From Eledone cirrhosa (lineage: Eukaryota), in NCBI GenBank assembly GCA_964016885.1, contig OZ024754.1, positions 17,236,001-17,300,000 on the forward strand: 64,000 bases of DNA, in the 5' to 3' direction. The notes under the pieces were generated by a model. The model made no database searches. It saw only the letters and a list, made by a program, of their open reading frames with translations, and had not been told where the DNA came from. This document shows, one piece after another, positions 1 to 14,500 of this stretch. The position numbers and the translations under genes were made by a program. Numbering within the stretch: the stretch's first letter is position 1; each line of letters begins with the position of its first letter.

Positions 1-349
1 AGCGACGGAAATATATGAATGTTTATTTAAGCGATCGCTAACCAGAAGTGTTGACCTTTGAAAATTATAAAGAAGTGAATCTTAAAATAAGGAACAAAAT
101 TATTTATATTTAATCAAGAATAACGAAATTTAGTAGATAAATTATGTAATATTCATTCATTATTTATTCAAAGTAATCCAACTTATTTTACAAACGTGGT
201 AAAAAAATATATTCTGGACGCAGTCCCGCACTCCTTACTTTATTATAGTTTAGATATATATATATACACACACACACACACATATATGTGTATCCCGGGT
301 TCAATCGGGGGTAACCACAGTAAGTAAGGTACTCAATACATAGTAGAGT

Positions 350-495
350 ATATAATGTTTAATATAGAAATGGCTTCTACAGGCCTAGAACTGTTTCATT
401 TGTAGGAAATCATCAGGAAAGCTTTGCTGATGAATTCCTTTGAATGAAACTGTTCTATTCCTGTAGAAGCCCATTTCTATATTAAACATTATATA
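350..495. repeat. Imperfect ~65-bp-arm inverted repeat with a decayed hammerhead-like core on each strand
   Basis: Arm 350-416 is the approximate reverse complement of arm 427-495. Plus strand reads CTGATGA-attc/gaat-GAAAC (427-450). Minus strand reads CTGATGA...GAAAC (392-416). Stems I and III pair poorly. Confidence 0.6.
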
Positions 496-574
496 CATAC
501 ATATATATATATATATACACACACATCAAATAAAAAAAAACAGAGTGAAAGACTCACATTAATCCCCTATAATT

Positions 575-760
575 TAATTGTTTCTACTTTTGGCACAAGG
601 CCAGCAATTATCCAGTGCATTACTGGTACTTTATTTTATCGACCCCGTAAGGATGAAAGGCAAAGTTAACCTCGGCGGGATTTGAACTCAGAATGGCAAG
701 GGCCGTAACTCTATGCTAGAAAGCATGGCGTCCGACTCTCTACCAATACTGCCAATCCCC
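575..760 (-). mobile_element. tRNA-derived SINE, family A
   Basis: Reverse complement of the copies at 39059 and 57791. B-box-like GAGTTCAAATCC. Flanking direct repeat aatcccctataatttaat at 561-578 and 754-771. Confidence 0.85.
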
Positions 761-938
761 TATAATTTAATGATCTCAAGGAACAGACACCGAGCTCTTT
801 AAGACAGTATATAGAGGAAAGTACACAAAGAGGTATGTGTTGAATCATAGGGGACATGATACCACCAGAGTGAAAATCATATAATCTACCAACAGAGTGG
901 AAAATACACAAGAATTAAAAGGATAAATTAAAATGTAC

Positions 939-3900
939 AGACCATTGTTTATAACTGTATCTCCTGGACACTCTGAAGACCATTGTTTATAACTGTATCT
1001 CCTGGACACTCTGAAGACCATTGTTTATAACTGTATCTCCTGGACACGCTGAAGACCATTGTTTATAACTGTATCTCCTGGACACGCTGAAGACCATTGT
1101 TTATAACTGTATCTCCTGGACACGCTGAAGACCATTGTTTATAACTGTATCTCCTGGACACGCTGAAGACCATTGTTTATAACTGTATCTCCTGGACACG
1201 CTTAAGACCATTGTTTATAACTGTATCTCCTGGACACGCTGAAGACCATTGTTTATAACTGTATCTCCTGGACACGCTGAAGACCATTGTTTATAACTGT
1301 ATCTCCTGGACACGCTGAAGACCATTGTTTATAACTGTATCTCCTGGACACTCTGAAGACCATTGTTTATAACTGTATCTCCTGGACACGCTGAAGACCA
1401 TTGTTTATAACTGTATCTCCTGGACACTCTGAAGACCATTGTTTATAACTGTATCTCCTGGACACGCTGAAGACCATTGTTTATAACTGTATCTCCTGGA
1501 CACACTGAAGACCATTGTTTATAACTGTATCTCCTGGACATGCTGAAGACCATTGTTTATAACTGTATCTCCTGGACACGCTGAAGACCATTGTTTATAA
1601 CTGTATCTCCTGGACATGCTGAAGACCATTGTTTATAACTATATCTCCTGGACACGCTGAAGACCATTGTTTATAACTGTATCTCCTGGACACTCTGAAG
1701 ACCATTGTTTATAACTGTATCTCCTGGACACACTGAAGACCATTGTTTATAACTGCATCTCCTGGACACGCTGAAGACCATTGTTTATAACTGCATCTCC
1801 TGGACACGCTGAAGACCATTGTTTATAACTGTATCTCCTGGACACGCTGAAGACCATTGTTTATAACTGTATCTCCTGGACACGCTGAAGACCATTGTTT
1901 ATAACTGTATCTCCTGGACACGCTGAAGACCATTGTTTATAACTGTATCTCCTGGACACGCTGAAGACCATTGTTTATAACTGTATCTCCTGGACACTCT
2001 GAAGACCATTGTTTATAACTGTATCTCCTGGACACGCTGAAGACCATTGTTTATAACTGTATCTCCTGGACACTCTGAAGACCATTGTTTATAACTGCAT
2101 CTCCTGGACACGCTGAAGACCATTGTTTATAACTGTATCTCCTGGACACGCTGAAGACCATTGTTTATAACTGTATCTCCTGGACACGCTGAAGACCATT
2201 GTTTATAACTGTATCTCCTGGACACGCTGAAGACCATTGTTTATAACTGTATCTCCTGGACACGCTGAAGACCATTGTTTATAACTGTATCTCCTGGACA
2301 CTCTGAAGACCATTGTTTATAACTGTATCTCCTGGACACGCTGAAGACCATTGTTTATAACTGTATCTCCTGGACACTCTGAAGACCATTGTTTATAACT
2401 GCATCTCCTGGACACTCTGAAGACCATTGTTTATAACTATATCTCCTGGACACGCTGAAGACCATTGTTTATAACTGTATCTCCTGGACACTCTGAAGAC
2501 CATTGTTTATAACTGTATCTCCTGGACACACTGAAGACCATTGTTTATAACTACATCTCCTGGACACGCTTAAGACCATTGTTTATAACTGTATCTCCTG
2601 GACACTCTGAAGACCATTGTTTATAACTGTATCTCCTGGACATACTGAAGACCATTGTTTATAACTGCATCTCCTGGACACTCTGAAGACCATTGTTTAT
2701 AACTGTATCTCCTGGACACTCTGAAGACCATTGTTTATAACTGTATCTCCTGGACACACTGAAGACCATTGTTTATAACTATATCTCCTGGACACGCTGA
2801 AGACCATTGTTTATAACTGTATCTCCTGGACACTCTGAAGACCATTGTTTATAACTGTATCTCCTGGACACACTGAAGACCATTGTTTATAACTGTATCT
2901 CCTGGACATGCTGAAGACCATTGTTTATAACTGTATCTCCTGGACACGCTGCAGACCATTGTTTATAACTGTATCTCCTGGACACTCTGAAGACCATTGT
3001 TTATAACTGTATCTCCTGGACATGCTGAAGACCATTGTTTATAACTATATCTCCTGGACACGCTAAAGACCATTGTTTATAACTGTATCTCCTGGACACT
3101 CTGAAGACCATTGTTTATAACTGTATCTCCTGGACACACTGAAGACCATTGTTTATAACTGTATCTCCTGGACACGCTGAAGACCATTGTTTATAACTGT
3201 ATCTCCTGGACACTCTGAAGACCATTTTTTATAACTGTATCTCCTGGACACGCTGAAGACCATTGTTTATAACTGTATCTCCTGGACACGCTGAAGACCA
3301 TTGTTTATAACTGTATCTCCTGGACACTCTGAAGACCATTGTTTATAACTGTATCTCCTGGACATGCTGAAGACCATTGTTTATAACTATATCTCCTGGA
3401 CACGCTGAAGACCATTGTTTATAACTGTATCTCCTGGACACACTGAAGACCATTGTTTATAACTATATCTCCTGGACACGCTGAAGACCATTGTTTATAA
3501 CTGTATCTCCTGGACACTCTGAAGACCATTGTTTATAACTGTATCTCCTGGACACGCTTAAGACCATTGTTTATAACTGTATCTCCTGGACACGCTGAAG
3601 ACCATTGTTTATAACTATCTCCTGGACACGCTGAAGACCATTGTTTATAACTGTATCTCCTGGACACTCTGAAGACCATTGTTTATAACTGTATCTCCTG
3701 GACACACTGAAAACCATTGTTTATAACTGTATCTCCTGGACACTCTGAAGACCATTGTTTATAACTGCATCTCCTGGACACGCTGAAGACCATTGTTTAT
3801 AACTGTATCTCCTGGACACGCTGAAGACCATTGTTTATAACTGTATCTCCTGGACACGCTGAAGACCATTGTTTATAACTGTATCTCCTGGACACGCTGA

Positions 3901-4390
3901 AGACCATTGTTTATAACTGTATCTCCTGGACACGCTGAAGACCATTGTTTATAACTGTATCTCCTGGACACTCTGAAGACCATTGTTTATAACTGTATCT
4001 CCTGGACACGCTGAAGACCATTGTTTATAACTATCTCCTGGACACGCTGAAGACCATTGTTTATAACTGTATCTCCTGGACACGCTGAAGACGATTGTTT
4101 ATAACTGTATCTCCTGGACACACTGAAGACCATTGTTTATAACTGTATCTCCTGGACACGCTGAAGACCATTGTTTATAACTGTATCTCCTGGACACTCT
4201 GAAGACCATTGTTTATAACTGTATCTCCTGGACACACTGTAAACCATTGTTTATAACTGTATCTCCTGGACACGCTGAAGACCATTGTTTATAACTGTAT
4301 CTCCTGGACACGCTGAAGACCATTGTTTATAACTGTATCTCCTGGACACGCTGAAGACCATTGTTTATAACTGTATCTCCTGGACACTGA
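939..4390. repeat. 38-bp tandem array, ~90 copies
   Basis: Unit agaccattgtttataactgtatctcctggacac(g/t/a)ctga. Period 38 (accatt at 941 and 979). Head-to-tail with no spacers. Confidence 0.98.
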
Positions 4391-4644
4391 AAGCATGTTT
4401 CACCACAGATAAAGTGTAGAATCGTGCCGCTGAGGGCTTAGCAACAGGAGAAACAAACAATATGATCTACACTTCTAAACATACATTAGATGACTAACAA
4501 TAGCACATGGTGTAAAGAGAAAGCCTGTGTGCCATACCGCACATGGTGGTGTGAATGGACCAAAAGACCGCTAAAAATCGCAGCCAAAAACTATTCAGCT
4601 TAAGAAGTTCAACTTACATATACACACACACTCATATCTTTATA

Positions 4645-4930
4645 TATCATCAGCAATGTTGAACGTCTACCATGCTTGCTTGGGTTAGACAAGTTGTCAC
4701 ATCAGGATCTGTTTTTGGCATGACTTCTATGGCAGGATGCCCTAATGCCAACTACATTACAGTGTGGGTTGGGTGCTTTTTATTGTGGCATCGAAACAAC
4801 CATCTGACTGTGGTACCAGCACAACCACCTACAGAGTGGACTGGGTGCTTTTTGTCATGTCACCATCATGACCACCTTACAGAGTGGACTGGGTGCTTTT
4901 TGTCATGTCACCAGCACGATCACTTTACAG
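4645..4930 (-). mobile_element. Degenerate family B SINE 3' part with internal 48-bp duplications
   Basis: ggatgccctaatgccaac and acagagtggactgggtgctttt match the reverse complement of the family B internal domain. (cat)n-like tail at the left. Confidence 0.55.
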
Positions 4931-5579
4931 CTTCTATGCATGTGTTGGACAGAAGAGGTGTGTTAGGGGTGTAGGAGGTGGTGATTGGGAGGACTAAGTG
5001 CTAGCAAGTAAAATAATCATTAAATGATGGGGATGATGATGTATGTATATGTGTGTGTATATATATATATGCATGTGTGTGTGAGTATATGTTATGTTTA
5101 TTTTTTTTAAATTAATGTTAAAAAAACAAAATTAGCTATGGCTTCTAGACTTGCTGTTACTTTTAATGATATTAAATCTAAAAATATGAAAATTTATTTT
5201 GTTTCTACATAACGTGTTATATAGAAAAATGTTTTTAACTTATAATACTTTAAATTGTAACTTCTGTTTGTTTTATCTTGTCAGTTGTTATGTATTTAAC
5301 TATTATTGTGGATTTCTTTTAACCCATACAGGTTTATAATGCTTAATGAAGATATGTTTTTAGTGCATCTAATGGTAAAATGGCCATTGACTTTTGTGTT
5401 TGTTATTGTAGTTTGTTGATGTCATACAAGATTATTTGCTACGTACTAATTGACATCTTTGAAGTTGGATCTTTGAAGTTACAAGTCCAGCAATAATAAT
5501 TCTAAAAACGTTAATCACTGTGGTTCAGAGGAACTGTGTGTTATAATAATAATTATTATTATTGTGTACAGTGTTCAGG

Positions 5580-8500
5580 TGTATCTGGTTTAGAATAGGT
5601 TGTATCTAGTTTAATATAGGTACAGTGTATCTAGTCTAATATAGGTACATTGTATCTAGTTTAATATAGGTACATTGTATCTAGTTTAATATAGGTACAG
5701 TGTATCTAGTCTAATATAGGTACATTGTATCTAGTTTAATATAGGTACATTGTATCTAGTTTAATATAGGCACAGTGTATCTAGTCTAATATAGGTACAT
5801 TGTATCTAGTTTAATATAGGTACATTGTATCTAGTTTAATATAGGTACATTGTATCTAGTTTAATATAGGTACAGTGTATCTAGTCTAATATAGGTACGT
5901 TGTATCTAGTTTAATATAGGTAAATTGTATCTAGTTTAATATAGGTACAGTGTATCTAGTCTAATATAGGTACATTGTATCTAGTTTAATATAGGTACAT
6001 TGTATCTAGTTTAATATAGGTACAGTGTATCTAGTTTAAAATAGGTACATTGTATCTAGTCTAATATAGGTACATTGTATCTAGTTTAATATAGGTACAT
6101 TGTATCTAGTTTAATATAGGTACAGTGTATCTAGTCTAATATAGGTACATTGTATCTAGTTTAATATAGGTACATTGTATCTAGTCTAATATAAGTACAT
6201 TGTATCTAGTTTAATATAGGTACATTGTATCTAGTCTAGTATAGGTACATTGTATCTAGTCTAAGATAGGTACATTGTATCTAGTCTAAGATAGGTACAT
6301 TGTATCTAGTCTAAGATAGGTACATTGTATCTAGTTTAATATAGGTACAGTGTATATAGTTTAATATAGGTACAGTGTATATAGTTTAATATAAGTACAT
6401 TGTATCTAGTTTAATATAGGTACATTGTATCTAGTTTAATATAGGTACAGTGTATCTAGTTTAATATAGGTACATTGTATCTAGTTTAATATAAGTACAG
6501 TGTATCTAGTTTAATATAGGTACAGTGTATCTAGTCTAAAATAGGTACATTGTATCTAGTCTAAAATAGGTACATTGTATCTAGTCTAAAATAGGTACAT
6601 TATATCTAGTCTAAAATAGGTACATTGTATCTAGTTTAATATAGGTACATTGTATCTAGTTTAATATAGGTACATTATATCTAGTCTAAAATAGGTACAG
6701 TGTATCTAGTTTAATATAGGTATATTGTATCTAGTTTAATATAGGTACAGTGTATCTAGTCTAAAATAAGTACATTGTATCTAGTTTAATATAGGTACAT
6801 TGTATCTAGTCTAATATAGGTACATTGTATCTAGTTTAATATAGGTACATTGTATCTAGTTTAATATAGGTACATTATATCTAGTCTAAAATAGGTACAT
6901 TGTATCTAGTCTAAAATCAGTACATTGTATCTAGTTTAATATAGGTACAGTGTATCTAGTCTAATATAGGTACATTGTATCTAGTTTAATATAAGTACAT
7001 TGAATCTAGTCTAAAATAGGTACGTTGTATCTAGTCTAAAATAGGTACATTGTATCTAGTCTAATATAGGTACAGTGTATCTAATTTAATATAGGTACAT
7101 TGTATCTAGTCTAAAATAGGTACATTGTATCTAGTTTAATATAGGTACAGTGTATCTAGTCTAAAATAGGTACATTGTATCTAGTCTAAAATAGGTACAT
7201 TGTATCTAGTTTAATATAGGTACAGTGTATCTAGTCTAATATAGGTACAGTGTATCTAGTTTATTATAGGTACATTGTATCTAGTTTAATATAGGTACAG
7301 TGTATCTAGTTTAATATAGGTACATTGTATCTAGTTTAATATAGGTACAGTGTATCTAGTTTAATATAGGTACATTGTATCTAGTTTAATATAGGTACAT
7401 TGTATCTAGTTTAATATAGGTACATTGTATCTAGTTTAATATAGGTACATTGTATCTAGTTTAATATAGGTACAGTGTATCTAGTTTATTATAGGTACAT
7501 TGTATCTAGTTTAATATAGGTACAGTGTATCTAGTTTAATATAGGTACATTGTATCTAGTCTAAAATAAGTACCTTGTATCTAGTTTAATATAGGTACAT
7601 TGTATCTAGTTTAATATAGGTACATTGTATCTAGTCTAAAATAAGTACCTTGTATCTAGTTTAATATAGGTACATTGTATCTAGTTTAATATAGGTACAT
7701 TGTATCTAGTTTAATATAGGTACATTGTATCTAGTTTAATATAGGTACATTGTATCTAGTCTAGTATAGGTACATTGTATCTAGTCTAATATAGGTACAT
7801 TGTATCTAGTCTAAAATAGGTACATTGTATCTAGTCTAAAATAGGTACATTGTATCTAGTCTAATATAGGTACATTGTATCTAGTCTAGTATAGGTACAT
7901 TGTATCTAGTTTAATATAGGTACAGTGTATCTAGTCTAAAATAGGTACATTGTATCTAGTCGAAAATAGGTACATTGTATCTAGTCTAAAATAGGTACAT
8001 TGTATCTAGTCTAAAATAGGTACATTGTATCTAGTCTAATATAGGTACATTGTATCTAGTTTAATATAGGTACATTGTATCTAGTTTAATATAGGTACAT
8101 TGTATCTAGTCTAATATAGGTACATTGTATCTAGTCTAATATAGGTACATTGTATCTAGTTTAATATAGGTACATTGTATCTAGTTTAATATAGGTACAT
8201 TGTATCTAGTTTAATATAGGTACATTGTATCTAGTCTAATATAGGTACATTGTATCTAGTTTAATATAGGTACATTGTATCTAGTTTAATATAGGTACAT
8301 TGTATCTAGTCTAATATAGGTACATTGTATCTAGTTTAATATAGGTACATTGTATCTAGTTTAATATAGGTACAGTGTATCTAGTTTAATATAGGTACAT
8401 TGTATCTAGTCTAATATAGGAACAGTGTATCTAGTTTAATATAGGTACATTGTATCTAGTCTAATATATGTACATTGTATCTAGTTTAATATAGGTACAT

Positions 8501-11500
8501 TGTATCTAGTTTAATATAGGTACAGTGTATCTAGTCTAATATAGGTACAGTGTATCTAGTTTAATATAGGTACATTGTATCTAGTCTAATATAGGTACAT
8601 TGTATCTAGTCTAATATAGGTACATTGTATCAAGTCTAATATAGGTACATTGTATCTAGTTTAATATAGGTACAGTGTATCTAGTCTAATATAGGTACAT
8701 TGTATCTAGTCTAATATAGGTACATTGTATCTAGTCTAAAATAGGTACATTGTATCTAGTCTAATATAGGTACATTGTATCTAGTCTAATATAGGTACAT
8801 TGTATCTAGTCTAAAATAGGTACAGTGTATCTAGTTTAAAATAGGTACATTGTATCTAGTTTAATATAGCTACATTGTATCTAGTCTAAAATAGGTACAT
8901 TGTATCTAGTCTAAAATAGGTACATTGTATCTAGTCTAATATAGGTACATTGTATCTAGTTTAATATAGGTACATTGTATCTAGTTTAATATAGGTACAT
9001 TGTATCTAGTTTAATATAGGTACAGTGTATCTAGTTTATTATAGGTACATTGTATCTAGTTTAATATAGGTACAGTGTATCTAGTTTAATATAGGTACAT
9101 TGTATCTAGTCTAAAATAAGTACCTTGTATCTAGTTTAATATAGGTACATTGTATCTAGTTTAATATAGGTACATTGTATCTAGTCTAAAATAAGTACCT
9201 TGTATCTAGTTTAATATAGGTACATTGTATCTAGTTTAATATAGGTACATTGTATCTAGTTTAATATAGGTACATTGTATCTAGTTTAATATAGGTACAT
9301 TGTATCTAGTCTAGTATAGGTACATTGTATCTAGTCTAATATAGGTACATTGTATCTAGTCTAAAATAGGTACATTGTATCTAGTCTAAAATAGGTACAT
9401 TGTATCTAGTCTAATATAGGTACATTGTATCTAGTCTAGTATAGGTACATTGTATCTAGTTTAATATAGGTACAGTGTATCTAGTCTAAAATAGGTACAT
9501 TGTATCTAGTCGAAAATAGGTACATTGTATCTAGTCTAAAATAGGTACATTGTATCTAGTCTAAAATAGGTACATTGTATCTAGTCTAATATAGGTACAT
9601 TGTATCTAGTTTAATATAGGTACATTGTATCTAGTTTAATATAGGTACATTGTATCTAGTCTAATATAGGTACATTGTATCTAGTCTAATATAGGTACAT
9701 TGTATCTAGTTTAATATAGGTACATTGTATCTAGTTTAATATAGGTACATTGTATCTAGTTTAATATAGGTACATTGTATCTAGTCTAATATAGGTACAT
9801 TGTATCTAGTTTAATATAGGTACATTGTATCTAGTTTAATATAGGTACATTGTATCTAGTCTAATATAGGTACATTGTATCTAGTTTAATATAGGTACAT
9901 TGTATCTAGTTTAATATAGGTACAGTGTATCTAGTTTAATATAGGTACATTGTATCTAGTCTAATATAGGAACAGTGTATCTAGTTTAATATAGGTACAT
10001 TGTATCTAGTCTAATATATGTACATTGTATCTAGTTTAATATAGGTACATTGTATCTAGTTTAATATAGGTACAGTGTATCTAGTCTAATATAGGTACAG
10101 TGTATCTAGTTTAATATAGGTACATTGTATCTAGTCTAATATAGGTACATTGTATCTAGTCTAATATAGGTACATTGTATCAAGTCTAATATAGGTACAT
10201 TGTATCTAGTTTAATATAGGTACAGTGTATCTAGTCTAATATAGGTACATTGTATCTAGTCTAATATAGGTACATTGTATCTAGTCTAAAATAGGTACAT
10301 TGTATCTAGTCTAATATAGGTACATTGTATCTAGTCTAATATAGGTACATTGTATCTAGTCTAAAATAGGTACAGTGTATCTAGTTTAAAATAGGTACAT
10401 TGTATCTAGTTTAATATAGCTACATTGTATCTAGTCTAAAATAGGTACATTGTATCTAGTCTAATATAGGTACATTGTATCTAGTCTAAAATAGGTACAT
10501 TGCATCTAGTCTAATATAGGTACAGTGTATCTAGTTTAATATAGGTACATAGTATCTAGTTTAATATAGGTACATTGTATCTAGTTTAATATAGGTACAT
10601 TGTATCTAGTTTAATATAGGAACAGTGTATCTAGTCTAAAATAGGTACAGTGTATCTAGTCTAAAATAGGTACATTGTATCTAGTTTAATATAGGTACAG
10701 TGTATCTAGTCTAATATAGGTACATTGTATCTAGTCTAATATAGGTACATTGTATCTAGTTTAATATAGGTACATAGTATCTAGTCTAAAGTAGGTACAT
10801 TGTATCTAGTCTAATATAGGTACATTGTATCTAGTCTAAAATAGGTACATTGTATCTAGTCTAAAATAGGTACATTGTATCTAGTCTAATATAGGTACAT
10901 TGTATCTAGTCTAATATAGGTACATAGTATCTAGTCTAAAATAGGTACATTGTATCTAGTCTAATATAGGTACATTGTATCTAGTCTAATATAGGTACAG
11001 TGTATTTAGTCTAAAATAGGTACATTGTATCTAGTTTAAAATAGGTACATTGTATCTAGTCTAAAATAGGTACAGTGTATCTAATCTAAAATAGGTACAG
11101 TGTATCTAGTTTAATATAGGTACAGTGTATCTAGTCTAATATAGGTACATTGTATCTAGTTTAATATAGGTACATTGTATCTAGTCTAAAATAGGTACAT
11201 TGTATCTAGTTTAATATAGGTACATTGTATCTAGTCTAAAATAGGTACAGTGTATCTAGTTTAAAATAGGTACATTGTATCTAGTCTAGTATAGGTACAG
11301 TGTATCTAGTCTAATATAGGTACATTGTATCTAGTTTAATATAGGTACATTGTATCTAGTTTAATATAGGTACATTGTATCTAGTCTAAAATAGGTACAT
11401 TGTATCTAGTCTAAAATAGCTACAGTGTATCTATTCTAATATAGGTACATTGTATCTAGTCTAAAATAGGTACATTGTATCTAGTCTAATATAGGTACAG

Positions 11501-14500
11501 TGTATCTAGTCTAAAATAGGTACATTGTATCTAGTCTAAAATAGGTACATTGTATCTAGTCTAATATAGGTACAGTGTATCTAGTCTAAAATAGGTACAT
11601 CGTATCTAGTTTAATATAGGTACATTGTATCTAGTTTAATATAGGTACATTGTATCTAGTTTAATATAGGTACATTGTATCTAGTCTAAAATAGGTACAT
11701 TGTATCTAGTCTAAAATAGGTACAGTGTATCTAGTCTAATATAGGTACATTGTATCTAGTCTAAAATAGGTACATTGTATCTAGTCTAATATAGGTACAG
11801 TGTATCTAGTCTAAAATAGGTACATTGTATCTAGTCTAAAATAGGTACATTGTATCTAGTCTAATATAGGTACATTGTATCTAGTCTAAAATAGGTACAT
11901 TGTATCTAGTCTAAAATAGGTACAGTGTATCTAGTCTAAAATAGGTACAGTGTATCTAGTTTATTATAGGTACATTGTATCTAGTTTAATATAGGTACAG
12001 TGTATCTAGTTTAATATAGGTACATTGTATCTAGTTTAATATAGGTACATTGTATCTAGTTTAATATAGGTACATTGTATCTAGTTTAATATAGGTACAT
12101 TGTATCTAGTTTAATATAGGTACATTGTATCTAGTTTAATATAGGTACATTGTATCTAGTTTAATATAGGTACAGTGTATCTAGTTTATTATAGGTACAT
12201 TGTATCTAGTTTAATATAGGTACAGTGTATCTAGTTTAATATAGGTACATTGTATCTAGTCTAAAATAAGTACCTTGTATCTAGTTTAATATAGGTACAT
12301 TGTATCTAGTTTAATATAGGTACATTGTATCTAGTCTAAAATAAGTACCTTGTATCTAGTTTAATATAGGTACATTGTATCTAGTTTAATATAGGTACAT
12401 TGTATCTAGTTTAATATAGGTACATTGTATCTAGTTTAATATAGGTACATTGTATCTAGTCTAGTATAGGTACATTGTATCTAGTTTAATATAGGTACAT
12501 TGTATCTAGTCTAAAATAGGTACATTGTATCTAGTCTAATATAGGTACATTGTATCTAGTCTAAAATAGGTACATTGTATCTAGTCTAAAATAGGTACAT
12601 TGTATCTAGTCTAATATAGGTACATTGTATCTAGTCTAGTATAGGTACATTGTATCTAGTTTAATATAGGTACAGTGTATCTAGTCTAAAATAGGTACAT
12701 TGTATCTAGTTTAATATAGGTACAGTGTATCTAGTTTAATATAGGTACAGTGTATCTAGTCGAAAATAGGTACATTGTATCTAGTCTAAAATAGGTACAT
12801 TGTATCTAGTCTAAAATAGGTACATTGTATCTAGTCTAATATAGGTACATTGTATCTAGTCTAATATAGGTACATTGTATCTAGTCTAAAATAGGTACAT
12901 TGTATCTAGTCTAAAATAGGTACATTGTATCTAGTCTAATATAGGTACATTGTATCTAGTCTAATATAGGTACATAGTATCTAGTCTAAAATAGGTACAT
13001 TGTATCTAGTCTAATATAGGTACATTGTATCTAGTCTAATATAGGTACAGTGTATTTAGTCTAAAATAGGTACATTGTATCTAGTTTAAAATAGGTACAT
13101 TGTATCTAGTCTAAAATAGGTACAGTGTATCTAATCTAAAATAGGTACAGTGTATCTAGTTTAATATAGGTACAGTGTATCTAGTCTAATATAGGTACAT
13201 TGTATCTAGTTTAATATAGGTACATTGTATCTAGTCTAAAATAGGTACATTGTATCTAGTTTAATATAGGTACATTGTATCTAGTCTAAAATAGGTACAG
13301 TGTATCTAGTTTAAAATAGGTACATTGTATCTAGTCTAGTATAGGTACAGTGTATCTAGTCTAATATAGGTACATTGTATCTAGTTTAATATAGGTACAT
13401 TGTATCTAGTTTAATATAGGTACATTGTATCTAGTCTAAAATAGGTACATTGTATCTAGTCTAAAATAGCTACAGTGTATCTAGTCTAATATAGGTACAT
13501 TGTATCTAGTCTAAAATAGGTACATTGTATCTAGTCTAATATAGGTACAGTGTATCTAGTCTAAAATAGGTACATTGTATCTAGTCTAAAATAGGTACAT
13601 TGTATCTAGTCTAATATAGGTACAGTGTATCTAGTCTAAAATAGGTACATCGTATCTAGTTTAATATAGGTACATTGTATCTAGTTTAATATAGGTACAT
13701 TGTATCTAGTTTAATATAGGTACATTGTATCTAGTCTAAAATAGGTACATTGTATCTAGTCTAAAATAGGTACAGTGTATCTAGTCCAATATAGGTACAT
13801 TGTATCTAGTCTAAAATAGGTACATTGTATCTAGTCTAAAATAGGTACAGTGTATCTAGTCTAAAATAGGTACATTGTATCTAGTCTAAAATAGGTACAT
13901 TGTATCTAGTCTAATATAGGTACAATGTATCTAGTCTAAAATAGGTACATTGTATCTAGTCTAAAATAGGTACAGTGTATCTAGTCTAAAATAGGTACAG
14001 TGTATCTAGTCTAATATAGGTACAGTGTATCTAGTCTAAAATAGGTACAGTGTATCTAGTCTAATATAGGTACATTGTATCTACTCTAAAATAGGTACAT
14101 TGTATCTAGTTTAAAATAGGTACATTGTATCTAGTTTAATATAGGTACAGTGTATCTAGTCTAAAATAGGTACATTGTATCTAGTTTAATATAGGTACAG
14201 TGTATCTAGTCTAAAATAGGTACATTGTATCTAGTCTAAAATAGGTACATTGTATCTAGTTTAATATAGGTACAGTGTATCTAGTCTAATATAGGTACAT
14301 TGTATCTAGTTTAATATAGGTACAGTGTATCTATTCTTAAATAGGTACATTGTATCTAGCCTAAAATAGGTACATTGTATCTAGTCTAAAATAGGTACAG
14401 TGTATCTAGTCTAAAATAGGTACAGTGTATCTAGTCTAATATAGGTACAGTGTATCTAGTCTAAAATAGGTACAGTGTATCTAGTCTAATATAGGTACAT

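Noticed and set aside
939-4390. CRISPR-like array of ~38-bp repeats
   Set aside because: Units are head-to-tail with no unique spacers, there are no cas genes, and the context is eukaryotic.
5281-5520. Additional upstream TRPM exon
   Set aside because: Candidate acceptors run into stops and show no TRPM S1-S2 motif. Upstream exons probably lie outside the window.
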